From positions 59,458,001-59,522,000 of the forward strand of contig NC_135659.1 in assembly GCF_964188315.1 (NCBI RefSeq): 64,000 nt of DNA. Direction: 5' to 3'. The translations under genes and the position numbers were made by a program. The stretch comes from Podarcis muralis (lineage: Eukaryota). Shown here one piece after another: positions 36,770-49,026 of this stretch; positions within the stretch are counted from its first letter, which is position 1, and each line of letters starts with the position of its first letter. The notes under the pieces were generated by a model. The model was not told the DNA's origin. It did not search any database and saw only the letters and a program-made list of their open reading frames with translations.

Positions 36770-37329
36770 GCCGCTCGGAGCAGGAGGGACTCGACTCGCA
36801 AAACGCTGGATTTAAAAAAGGGGCGAAGAGGCAGCGCGGAGACCGCGCCGAGGAGCCGCCTTCCCGCAGGTTCGTGTCTGCGCCCTAAGCGCGCCGCGTT
36901 GTCAGGATCCCCGCAGCCTGGACTGGGGCCGTTTCCCGCCACTCCGGGGTGGATCCCGGCTCGCTCCAAACTTCGGGAAGAGCGAGAGACCGGCAGGATC
37001 CGGAATCGAGCTTCCCAGGGCTCTCCCCCACCCCACCCCTTTCAGATCTCCTCCTCCCTCCCTCCCTCCCTCCCTTGGAAATCCAGGGGGTTTTCCCAGT
37101 CTGGGAAAGGCGGGTTGGCTGGAGGCGGAGGAAAGGCAGCTGCGAAGCCGCCTTGGTCTCCGGCGCCGCGCAAAGCCGTCGCGGATCCGGGTGCGGACGC
37201 TGCGAGCAAGCCGAAGCCGCCACGCTTGGAGCGGCTGGGTGGGTTCTCCGGGGCCGGAGCCCGCCGCTCTCGGAAAGACACCCGGCGCGGCGATCTCGCC
37301 GCCTGCTTGCTTACAGACAGGCGCCCAAA
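36770..37329 (+). other. Candidate non-coding first exon ending at a GTAAGC splice donor
   Basis: GC boxes at ~36697-36712 and TATA-like TTTAAAAA at ~36810 upstream; donor CAAA|GTAAGC at 37330. The 5' boundary is approximate. Confidence 0.45.
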
Positions 37330-39300
37330 GTAAGCCAGATCCTACGGATCTCTCCTTCTCCCGCTTTTTTGCGCTCGCCCCCGGGGCCTGGCGAGGGGGA
37401 CGCCAGCCCCCCCGCCCCCGGCAGCCTGACTGGGGGAACAGGCAGAGGATGGAAAAGTGTTGCAAACATATTTTCCATGCCCGCTCGTGGTGCGCTCGGT
37501 CCGCAGGAAGCAAACTTGGGAGGAGGGAGGAGATGGAGCAGGAAGGCAGATTTGGGTGGGGCGGAGCGGAGCCGCCGCTTTGCATGTGAATCGCGAGGCG
37601 CCGGGAAGAGATCGGGCTCGGAAAGATCCTCTGTCTGGCCGGTTTCTCGCGCAGCCCCCAGGAAGCGGGGTGGGAGAGTGTTTCAGAGTTGATTTTCATT
37701 TCTCCATTGAATTTGTACGCCGCCCTTCATACGGAGATCACAGGGAGGTTCGTAATGCAAACCGGCTGCACAAAGTGCATAATAAAAGCAACAGTTTGTC
37801 CGCCTATAATTTAGCGATGGAAAATCCGGGGCGCTCCTTGAGGTCAGTTGGTTGGTTTTGCTGCTTTTTCTTTTAAGAGTGGGTTCTTGTGCGGAGCAAC
37901 GGGGCGTTTGCGGAAACCCATTAACGATTATAGTCGGCGTCTTGTCTGTAGCTATAATAAAGCTGCGTGCCTGTTGATGGTGGGGTATTTTGTTTTGCTT
38001 ACAACTGTAACATGGTTGCTCTGTGGGTTTGCTCATAGACTGCCTTAAAAAAAGAAGAGTGCAGAATACAGTATCTTGTTTCCCAGCCTTTTATCTCTCT
38101 CTTCCCCCGCGATGTTGAAACTGAACTTAAAGAGAGAAATCCTTCCACTACTACTCTGTTGCATGCAGAAATGTTGGCAGGCGCTGTAACCGCGCCTGAC
38201 AGGCTTATCTTCCTGAACCGCCGTTTCAGGAATACACCCCCAACATTACAACACTCCTCTGTTAGCAAAGGTGGTGGTTAGAGGCCGGGCGGGGGGGGGG
38301 GGTGCGGGAGGCGCGGGAAGGAGGGCTGAATTCCTGAAGCAATTTTCGCCCGTGTGAGAGAAAGACTCATTCAACGGATCGCGGGGGCGCGGAAGGGGAG
38401 TAAAAGAAAACGAAAGTCTCGACCTCTTGGCCAATCCGTAGTAAAAGGCGCGCGGGGTTGAGCGGGCGCGCAGCCAGGGCGCGCGCGCTTCCCGGGCAGC
38501 GCCTTCCTTGCACATGGGGCCCCGATCCCGCTCTCTTGGGGGGTGTTCAGTATTTCTTTTTTAAAAAAAGAAAAACCAGGGGAAGATGGCAAGTTAGCAA
38601 GCGCGAGAGGCGGTCTGTGCAGTTCAGTATGCCAGATCCGAACCTGTAGCCTGCTTGCGTGGTGTGTTTGTGCAGCCTCCTGGGCTTTTAGCACAGTAAC
38701 CTGATTATTTACCGGGTCGGGAGCACAATACTGGGTCTGTGTGTCACCGACGACGACCGTTTAGGCGTTTTAATTTGAAAACGGCGGCGTGGGGGGGGGG
38801 GCCGGGTTGGCTGGGCCCCTCCTCGCTCCTTGGCGGGGCGGGGGCGCCTGCTTGGCGCTGACAAATGGACTGCTGGAAGCCAGACGGACGGATGCAGGAG
38901 GAGGAGGAGGGAGAGCGGGGGAGCTCGAAAAATGCCAGCTAATCGGTCGCCTCCGAGGGGCGCGGCAGGACGGGGAGAGCGTGCCCGGCCGCCGCCTCCT
39001 TCCCACCGCAGGTCCTCTTCCCGGCCCGCCCCGCCGAGGAGGTCTTTCTAAGGGTTTGGCAATGGGTGTTGCAAAGCGGGGCGCCTGGAGGAATGTTCTG
39101 CTTGCCACTGCGGAGATCGGCCGAGGAGGAGGGGGGTGGGCTTCGTGCAGGGGAGCGGCGGAAGGAGACTCCCCGCCCACGCTGCGTGGGTGGGTCAAGG
39201 GCAGCAGGACCGGACGCCGGATGGTTCTGGCGAGTCGGGAAGGGCTTGCGTTAGTGGGCATGCCAGAAGAAGTGGGGAGGGGACACACGAGTTGGGGGCC

Positions 39301-39323
39301 ATGGCCGCAAAGCGCGCCAGCAG
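39301..39323 (+). other. Candidate alternative first coding exon (MAAKRAS, phase 2)
   Basis: Strong Kozak context gccATGG at 39301 followed by consensus donor CAG|GTGAGG at 39324; protein not recognised. Confidence 0.3.
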
Positions 39324-42127
39324 GTGAGGTTGGGTGGGGGTGAGAGAAAGTAGGAGAAAGGGCACGCTTGTGTAACTTGTTCCGCTGCTTCGATGCACCC
39401 GTGCAGGCAGCGGAATGTGCCTTCCACACCCATCCCATGCCCCAAACCACGCTGAGCTGTCTCTCCGCCGCCGCCGCCCCTTGTGTTGCTAGTGTGGCGG
39501 ACGCACACACACACACACACGGAGGAATTAACACTAACCTCTCCCGCCGCGCATTATTCAGAGTCGCATCGATTAGAAAATCCACGTCTCCCTTTAGAAT
39601 GCGTTAAAGGGGCGGGAGAGCGGGGTAGGCAGGAGTGACATGACATTTTCCTACTCCTTAACTCCTAGTTGTGAGAGTTCTGTAGGAATCTGCGTTAAGC
39701 AATCTAGAAGAGGAGGGCGGGCGTGTGTTGTGGAGGAGGAAATGGAAGTGTGTGTGTGTGTAGTGTTTATATAGCAATGCTTTTTATTTCCAAGTGGCGT
39801 TCTGTTTTCTGTGTCCCCCACAAAGCTTGTTAGAGTCAATGTCCTCCCATCTTTCTTCAAAGATTTGGGGAGGGGGCTTAGAGGCAGCAGCCACATCCTT
39901 AAGTAACTATTGAAGAGAATTCCACCCCTCACCTCGCCCCAAAAGGTTTAAGGCTGCAATCCTTTGCACGTTTACCTGGAAGTAAATCCAATTAAGCTCA
40001 TTGGGATTACTTCGTAGTACTCTTGCATAGGATCCTGGTGTGTGTGTGTCTGTCTTTGCATGGTGTTTTCCGCACTCCCCCGAGATCTCCCCTTTCTCTT
40101 CCTCTTCCCTCCCCCCTCCGAGCAGCTGACACCAGGGACTCCTCCTATGGGTAGCTGTGCAGAACCCCTGCAGTCTGACACAGTTGGTAATCAGGGCTGC
40201 CAAATGGCTGTAGCAGATGGAAGCACACCCTGTTCTCCCCCTCCCCATTAGCGGCAAGGCAATCCTGTCTTGACTTTTTGCCAGGCTCCTGACAGGTGGG
40301 GGGAAAGCACAACCTCATTTGGGGGAAATTCCCATCTGCTAGTGAATTGTCGCTGGGGTAAAAATGGTTTTTGTTCCTCCTGTTGCCTCCCTTCCCATTT
40401 CCTTTCCGAGTGTGCCTTGCTCAAGAGGAACCTCCACTAGGTGTTGCTGACTTTCAGCATCCACCATCCCTGTCCTTTGGTCATGCCAGCTTCAGCCGAT
40501 GGGTGTTAGATCTGGAGAGCTGCAGGTTCCCCATCTGTGATCTCAGACCTGTGTGCTGCATTTACCATGCCTTAGGAGTGCCTGCCTTCAATAGAGCCCA
40601 GGGAAGAGAAGCGTTACAGCATGATTTTGTTCAGCAGCTAAAAAAATAAATCTCCGCTCCCTCTAAAAGTGCAGGAAGAGGACTTTTTAGCTGTTTGTGT
40701 TGCCTGGTGTGAATTCAGGGTAACGGGAGCTATGGTGCTTTGCATGGCGTAGCTCAGCCCTACCTAACACCACTCACTGTGCAGGGATGATAGAGGAGGG
40801 AAAGCAGTAATGTGTGCACAATACAAACAGATAATATGGAGCAGCCTTTTGAGAGCCTCAGTCCTATTGTTGGTGTGTCCAGCCTCCAGAGAGATCTTCC
40901 CTGCCCAGGCTTTCCTGTGCTCTTTTAACTGGAGTTTTCAGGCATTGAAGGAGCCTCTCACATCATGGAACCACAGCCCTCTCCCAAAGTGGGACAGTAA
41001 TTCTGTGGTAAAGTTGGAGTGCAGTGGGGCAAGGCTGGAATAATGAAGGCTGTCGCAAGGCAGAGTGTGTGCAAATCTAGCCTTAGAATTAAATGAAGGC
41101 TATTACAAGTCAGAAAATCAGAATGGAGGTGCAGTGACAGAGCTGGGAGGAGAGCCAAGAAAGGGTTGATTAGCTGAAGCTGTTGAATACTCAAGTGTAG
41201 GATGCTGGTTGCCTTAAAGGCTTGGAGGGAACTTGGGGTGCTGAAGCTATTCTGCAGTATGGAGATCTAGTTGAGAAGCATGACTCAGGGCTGAATTGCA
41301 GCTCTCTATAGGGTAATGTTGCTTGAATTTCTTTTCAATGGGGTTTTGATGTGTTTCATTAATTTTACTTCCCTGTTTGCACCAGCCTGTCATATTAAGG
41401 GAGGGAGGGGGCAGAAACCCACAACATCGGGGTGAATCATACTCTAAGCCCCATCATCCACACACCTATGAATGTTTGTGTGTGGGGGAGGGAATGATCT
41501 TTTACTATCTCTGTGAAAGCGTTGGGTCTGAGCATTGTTGAATATCTGGATTGAATCCCCACCACCTGCACAATATCTCCTAAATGTCATCTTGTTGTTT
41601 TCATTCACTATGCAAAACAGCAAAACAAACCCCTTCCATGCAATGTTATTTTTAGACACAAGTAAAGGTGTGAAATAGCGAGCAGAAAGGATTTGAGCAG
41701 TCTTCTGCAAAGCCACTTGTCAGCAAGCCAAGGGCAAAGGAATCTCCCCACTCCCTGCAAGTCAGAATGCTCAGAGTACAGATGATTCTGGCTGCATTCA
41801 GATAGCAGTTTATTCCATTTTCCCAAAGCTTCCCCAAGTGTTAAATTCCACATTATATTTCAACTTCCACATGGCATAAAAGCCACTTCCAGAAATCTAA
41901 TGGAACATAGCACATGTTTTGTGTAACATTTCCATGTTACTTGACTCCAGGAAAAAAAATCTGTTTGCAGCCTCCATAATCCTCAGAATTGCAGGATTAA
42001 AGTGATAAAACTTGGGGCTCCATACTGGCGAACGGTTCTTTCCTGCTGTTATCATGAGGGAACAGAAGCACACATGTGCAAGAAGAGTGGGGGAATTGTT
42101 CAATGTTGTTGCCACACCACACCAACT

Positions 42128-42620
42128 GGTTTTATTATTATTTAAATTTGTATGCCACTCTTCATTTGTAGATCCCAGGGTGGTTCACAACACAAAAATG
42201 CAAGATAAAAAAGACACACAAATAATAAAAACCAGAACAAATAACCCCTCTTCCCACAACATATTTAAAAGGGTATTGGAAGATAATCAGCCGAAGGCCT
42301 GGTTGAAGAGGAACATTTTTGTCTAGCGTCTAAAGGTGTATAATGAAGGGGCCCCCTGAACCTCCCTAGGGGTAGCATTCCACAAACAGGGTGGCCACTG
42401 CAGAAAAGGCGCATTCTTGTGTTGCCGCCCTGTCCACTCGTATCTCTAGAGTGATTTTGATAGTCAAGTTTTGTCTGGCTATAATCCATCACTTTATAAT
42501 GTTCTCCATCAGCAAGCTGCCAACAGAAGACAGTCAGTCTGTTATATTCCTTAGAAGGGCCTTGGATTATGATATCAGGGTCCAGGTAGGTTCATATGGG
42601 GAGAGGCAGTCCTTGTTGGT
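42128..42620 (-). mobile_element. Older L2 LINE 3' end
   Basis: tttattattattt tail, then gcattccacaaacagggtggccactgcagaaaaggc, homologous to the L2 segment at ~6730-6770. Confidence 0.7.
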
Positions 42621-42621
42621 A

Positions 42622-42863
42622 CAGTGGTACCTCGGGTTAAGTACTTAATTCGTTCTGGAGGTCCGTTCTTAACCTGAAACTGTTCTTAACCTGAAGCACC
42701 ACATTAGCTAATGGGGCCTCCTGCTGCCGCCGTGCCACCAGAGCACGATTTCTGATCTCATCCTGAAGCAAAGTTCTTAACCCGAGGTACTATTTCTGGG
42801 TTATCGGAGTCCGTAACCTGAAGCGTATGTAACCTGAAGCGCATGTAACCTGAGGTACCACTG
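42622..42863. mobile_element. Tigger-like MITE
   Basis: TA-CAGTGGTACCTCGGGTT...AACCTGAGGTACCACTG-TA; second copy at 51231-51456. Confidence 0.92.
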
Positions 42864-43756
42864 TATTCCCCACATCTGAATGCACCCTGTACGTTGCAGC
42901 CTGATCCCATGGATATTCATAGCCTAGCGTAGTAGCAAAACTAGCAGGAGCTGCAGTTCTTCAGTAGAAATGGAAAGGCATCTGCATAAGTATATCTTCT
43001 GCATCTAGTGCCTGCATGGAATATAACTTGTGGTTCCCTTGGTTTAGGTTTTATAGGTTGGGTTTGAAACACACCAGCAGCGCTACGGGTAGTGGGTCAT
43101 TCTCTGAAGTATAAGATGGCTTTGAAGTTAGAACTCCTTAGTCCTCTGAAGAAAATACAATAGCAAGCTGTGTTTCCAGGACTGTGGAGTGTTGGTGAGC
43201 TGGGATTAACATTTTACTTCCCTCCGTTTTACACTTGAGCTTTGAAATTCACCCAGATAGCCTAGAGGGTAACACAGATGCCCTCTTTTTCTCTCTTCCA
43301 GGAGGGTGTGACATCCCTCCACAAAAGGGATTCCACCTCTGTTTGAAGAACTGGGGAAACTGCTCAGATCTCAAGCCTCTCACTACTTTGTGGGAAATCT
43401 GAGTTAAGCCGTCAAGGGAGCCAAGAACAAACGTAGTGGTGCACTCTTTGCCTTGATCTGTGGCACAACAATAAGCTTCACTGTATGTTGCAATTCTATC
43501 TGTGTGAGAGAGATACCAAGCACTACAGTTTGGAAAACCTTTCTGTGAACCTTCTGTGTGCTATTGGTGCAGCATGGAGTGTTTAGCTTGGCCTCCTATT
43601 TCAAATGCCATGCATACATTCACTTGACAAAGTTGGCTGTAGGGTGTCTGTCACTATGACATCAATTCACACATTTTTTGGGGATAGTTAACTGGCTGGC
43701 TGTGCGAAGGTTGTAGAACATACAACAGCCACTGGTGTTTTCGTCTTGTTTGTATA

Positions 43757-43993
43757 CAGTGGACGCTTGGGTTGTGAACGTGATCTGTGCGGGAGGCACG
43801 TTCGCAACCCACAGCTCCGTGTCTGCGCACACGCGGGCTGCAATTCGGTACTTCTGCACATGCACAAAACACAATTTTGTGCATGCGCGATTGCCGAAAT
43901 CCGGAAGTAACCCATTCCAGTACTTCCGGGTTTCGGCGCATCCATAACCCGAAAACGTGCAACCTGAAGCATCTGTAACCCGAGGTATGACTG
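43757..43993. mobile_element. Tigger-like MITE (different subfamily)
   Basis: TA-CAGTGGACGCTTGGGTT...AACCCGAGGTATGACTG-TA; internal hairpins. Confidence 0.8.
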
Positions 43994-45587
43994 TACAGTC
44001 TGATATTAGCAAGGAGAAGGCACAATCCCTCATACGCCCCTTTTTCTGTTGAATCATCAATTTCCCAATTTTCCCACAGAAAAGCATGTGCCTCATGAAC
44101 GAGATGCAAAATGGATGGAAGCCTTGCTTTATTCCTTATCCCATTCTTTCTCTTTAATTAGTGAAACATTTATTTTTAAAAATTATAGAGAAATAGCACC
44201 TGCTCACATGGGGTGCTTCCAGATGACCTGATTACTGAACATTTCGCTCTGATTGGTTTGTGGGGAGGTTAGAGAATGTTGTGTTGAAGCAAGTGTTACC
44301 CCACACACTCTAGCGCATTTCCCTCTCACAACCCTCATTGCAGAAAGTCCAGTCTTTTGGGAAAGCTAGCTTGTTGCCCCAGTCCTCCCAGTCAACTAGA
44401 ATTGTGCAACTGGGTCCCACCTGAAAATAGTGATAGTCTGGAAATACCCGGAATGTCTTGTGGATTTTGTTTTTCTGAAGTAAAAAATTAATGTTGTGCA
44501 CAGCTGAAGTTTGATCCTTCCCATCTCTTTTGGGGGGGCAGGGTGTTCAGAAGAGTGCCTCAAATGCATCACTTATTTTTATTCTATGTATTCTATCCTA
44601 TCCTTCAAGGACCTCAGACAAGCACTCCTCACCACAACCTTAAGATGGAATTGAGAGTGAACAATCTGACTGACTTGCCTGAGGATCATCATAGCTAAGG
44701 GGCATTTGAATGAGGTTTCCACTTTGAAGCCCAGAAGTCTAGCTTCTGTATTATACTGAGGATGTGCAGCCAATAAAAAATACCTCCTATTTTAGAAAAC
44801 TACTTCCATGGAGAGCATAGAAAATAGTCTTCTGCCAAGTCAGACCATTGATTCATCTAGCACAAATGCGTTGTGAGAGTGACCGACCAGGTTTTCAGGC
44901 TGGGGTCTTTTGCTACCTTATCAAATAGTACCAGAAATTGAACCTGAACTTCTGCACGGGGGCAAACTTTAGTGAGGACAAAATATTGCGCACCCCCTAC
45001 GTATTTATTATTTTCACAATAATTCTTTTTGGAACAAAGTTTGTCAAAGAGCCCCCCCCTTTCATTTTACTCATGCTCTCAAGTACACAATTTTGCACCC
45101 CCTCAGCTTGGTGCCCTGTGCGGGTGAACTGTCCATGCCACCCTAAACCTGGCACTGCTCTGCATGCAAAGGATGCACTTTATCATGTGTCATGGAAGTG
45201 CATGATGATAAATAATGGAACAACAGCAAAGGGAAAAGTGACATGTGTCAAAAAGTGCTGGCCTGTGCATGTATCTTAGAGTCCTTTGACATGGCTATGA
45301 AACTTTTTCGTAATTTTTGTTACACCAATGTTACAAGCTAGGTTTTGTTTATTTATTTTAATTATAAGTTTATTTATAATCTATACTTATATTTTAAAAT
45401 ATCCATCAAAATATGGTGCTATAATTAAACATAACATTATAAGATCATAAATGCCTAAACATTATAAATGCCATAACATTATAAGATCATAAATGTCTAA
45501 AATGCCTGGTGAAGCAAAACATTTTCCGCAAGTGATGTTGTTTTCTTTCTTCCTGTTTTTGTTTTTGTCAAACGTTGTTCATCCATG

Positions 45588-45755
45588 GAGAGCCAGTGTG
45601 GTGTAGTGGTTAAGAGCGGTAGTCTTGCAATCTGGGGAACCGGGTTCGCGTCTCCGCTCCTCCACATGCAGCTGCTGGGTGACCTTGGGCCAGTCACACT
45701 TCTCTGAAGTCTCTCAGCCCCACTCACCTCACAGAGTGTTTGTTGTGAGGGAGAA
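45588..45755 (+). mobile_element. 3'-truncated Squam3/POM-like SINE
   Basis: gagagccagtgtggtgtagtggttaagagcgg... matches the 15361 and 16554 copies. Confidence 0.9.
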
Positions 45756-46544
45756 GGACTGGGGCAGATGGTCTAACCAAAGGTTGAAAGGCATGCCTTT
45801 ACTCCTATTGATAATAGTAGCTGTGAACCCTCTTCAGGGGAGGAGCTCTCACTGTCCCGCTTGCTGTCTTGTCTCACTACATATGTTGTTGGCTTGCTGA
45901 GGTTCAAGGATTTATCCTCTTTGTCACTGCACTTTCACTTGCCCCTGTAATAAATTTGGTGCCACTAAATATATCACATGGCACTGTAACAAATTGGTTT
46001 TCTACCCTTCTAGCTGTGCTGGGTCAGAAGCTTTCAGATATTTGTTGCAGTTCATAGATGAAATTTTCAAATAGAATGTAAATCATGACCCTACCTCACT
46101 GTTTCAGTAATAATAGCATACAGTTCATTATATAGTTGTTCTTCAAAAGATGTATCGGTACTGCTTTTAAATGCAGAGGTCCTGGTTCTTTTGATTATGA
46201 TTCATACATATTTGGCTTCCTTCCTTCAGCAGGTAAGTGCATGTTTTGAGAATTACTGTTCCCCTGTTGACATTTTCACAGATCCTTTGAGATGCTAGTG
46301 TACCTTCCCCTGTCCCAGGGTCCTGCTCCAGCTTTTATGCTGTCAGAAATAGCTGTGAAGCAGCCTTTAGTGAACTGCCCTGGGGCACTATAGGGTGACA
46401 ATGAAGCCATACAGAGTTTATCACCAATGCTGCTGCTAGGGAGGGCACTCAGATCAATTGGTCCACCCTCCTCCCTGCAGTTTGTTCTCATTTGCACTGA
46501 AGCTTCAGAATTGTTGCATCAACACCATTTGTGTGTGCAGTACC

Positions 46545-46954
46545 CAGCGCTGGATTTACGTGTAAGCTAAACAAGCTATAGCTTAGGATCCCACAAAAAA
46601 AATTAAAGGAAAAAAACCTGGATGTACATTTCCAAAATATAAGATAAAAATAAAATAAAATAAAACCTACATATAGCAACAGTGTTTTGTGTTGTGTAGG
46701 CTCCTAGGATGTAAGTAATGGGCCCTGCCTGCTAGCCTGCTCCCTAAAATATCACTGGTTTGCTCATTTCTATATATAGGGTGCCTTACTTCTGCATGTG
46801 CAAATGGCTTTAGTTATCTATTAGGTCCATAAATTACCATATATTCAACCCAAAAAACAGTGACAAATTGGTGTTGACAAAGGACAGCTGGACATATAAA
46901 AGGTCCCATTACCTTTAGTAGCTTAGGGCCTCATCAAACCTAAATCCGGCCCTG
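46545..46954. mobile_element. hAT-type non-autonomous transposon
   Basis: TIRs CAGCGCTGGATTTA / TAAATCCGGCCCTG; 8-bp TSD GCAGTACC (46537-46544, 46955-46962). Confidence 0.88.
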
Positions 46955-47373
46955 GCAGTACCAAATTCTGATATGGCCACTTACGGTATACGTGGTAGGG
47001 ATAATTATTGGGGAGCGGGCAGAAAAGTGTGTGTTCAACTCACAGAACGGTGTTGATTCTGGATATTATAGCTGGGCTCCTCAAAAGGAGCCTTTGACCA
47101 AAGTTGGTTTCTTTCTGGTCTAAGTCTAGGCTGCTTCCAGAGGGATGCTAATGAATCACTATTCAAGTGCAATTGGCTTTCCACACTATGCAGAATATAT
47201 AACTTTTACTGTATGTTGACCCCACGAGATCCCCCTCCCCCACATTGCTCCTGTGGGTGAAGAAGGGGAAGTTCCAATGCCCCTGAACAGCCATTTGGGG
47301 TTTCAAAATGAAATGAAAATCAATTGTTTATTTCGCACTAAGTACTTATTAATTTAAGCTTGATTGCACCTTA

Positions 47374-47376
<3 letters not shown>

Positions 47377-47441
<65 letters not shown>
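47377..47441. repeat. Compound (CT)n(CA)n microsatellite
   Basis: Direct reading. Confidence 0.97.
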
Positions 47442-47444
<3 letters not shown>

Positions 47445-48889
47445 ACCTAAAATCCCAGCATGTTTAATGTTTATTTTGAATTAGCAGTGTAGATTGGAAG
47501 TGTTTAATTTGGTGGGGGGGGGGGGGAGGACATGCTGCTGGTGCCGACTGGAAAGGTTTCTGTCTTCTTAAAATGTGCATTATAGTGTTATAGTGCTATA
47601 ACACTTTATAATATATGCAGGGTTTTGCTAATATTTTTATTTTTAAAAAAATAACTGGAAAGTAATTTTAGTGCTAATTCAAAGATAATTTTTTAAAATG
47701 TTGGCAGGGATATAAACTAGTGCCCACTATAGCAAAGGCTACAGTGAATATGTGACAGGTTTACCTGTCTTTGAAAAGATGGAGCAGCATCACTAAGGGC
47801 ATAACGTGTCTAAACATTCTTCTCCAAAAAAAAAATCGGATTTCCTGTTGTGAGGGGAGAGAGAAAGGAAGAAGCACTGGGAAAATACATGAGGGTTGAA
47901 AGTAAAAGAGTAGAGTACAATGTCATTTGGAAACACACACACACCCCCACCAAATGTATGTCATATCTATATCTACCTATGAATGAATGAATGAACAAAC
48001 AATACAAGGTGATGCCACACTAAATGCCCAGTATGGAAGCAGCCCTAAACTGCTAAATTCTATACCTTGGGGAGGAATTTGCCTGCCAAGGTTAGATAAT
48101 AAAGGGGGAGATGTACGGTTTAGGAAGGGAGAGGCTTTGTCCAGCCTTAAGCTTCAGAGAGTGAGCACTTGTATATAGTATACCAACCTTCTGCTGTGCT
48201 CTTTCTCTGCCCTGAGTGGCCATGAGCAAAGCCCTTAAATACTACATGAGGAAAACCTTTCTGGGAGGAAGCGAGATTGGCTTCTGGGCCTTGCTGGCGA
48301 TACTAAGGCCATTTTGGGCACAGGATCAACAATTAAATATAGAGCTCTTTGCTAAACTCTCAGAAAATACTACGATAACTTACTACAATGAGACACATCG
48401 TTTCTTTGCCCTGGGGACGCTGGTCTGGCATAGAATCTCTCCACAGTTCCCTTACCCTGTTTTGTTAATAGTGTTCCACAGTTAGCAAAAATATATATCT
48501 GGTGCTAAGAAAAGAAATCCCAATCCTGATGGGAGTACAATCCCCGCCACACCCCCTGCATGTGCCTGCCATTTCTTAAAAATGAAAAGACATGTGGATC
48601 ACGCATTTCTTGTATTGTCTAATTTGGCATAGTGTCTGTCTATAATATAGACACAAACGCTCTTCAGTACTGATGTTTACATGACATTCTAGCCTATCAG
48701 ATGATACAAGCGTTCTTTTTCAGGCAGTTTATGTACTCAAAGGTTGGCTAAGCTTTGGACTCCCATCCTCTCGAGCCAGCATGGCCAGTGATAAGGATTG
48801 TTGTCAGTTACAGTCCAACACATGTGTAGGAGCCACTGGTTAGCCTGCCTGGCCTACTCCACCCAAAACTGCAGCAATGTAGTGTAGAT

Positions 48890-49026
48890 CAGTCATAGGC
48901 AAACTCGGCCCTCCAGATGTTTTGGGAGTACATCTCCCATCATCCCTAGCTAACAGGACCCAGTGGTCAGGAATGATGGGAGTTGTAGTCCCAAAACATC
49001 TGGAGGGCCGAGTTTGCTTATGCCTG
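48890..49026. mobile_element. hAT-type palindromic MITE
   Basis: Near-palindromic; perfect 8-bp TSD GTGTAGAT (48882-48889, 49027-49034). Confidence 0.92.

Larger units (their letters stand above)
36330..39720. promoter_or_regulatory. Large CpG island / promoter of an unidentified gene
   Basis: Sharp rise in GC and CpG density against a CpG-depleted background, multiple GGGCGG boxes, absence of transposon insertions. Confidence 0.9.

Noticed and set aside
36885-39607. Long overlapping ORFs (up to 271 aa) on both strands
   Set aside because: Low-complexity Pro/Gly/Arg/Ala translations expected from stop-poor GC-rich CpG-island DNA; no recognisable domain.
46177-46232. Possible 56-nt + strand exon (acceptor aaatgcag, donor CAG|GTAAGT)
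   Set aside because: Donor is perfect but the acceptor is weak and the translation is unrecognised; isolated signals of this kind are common by chance.
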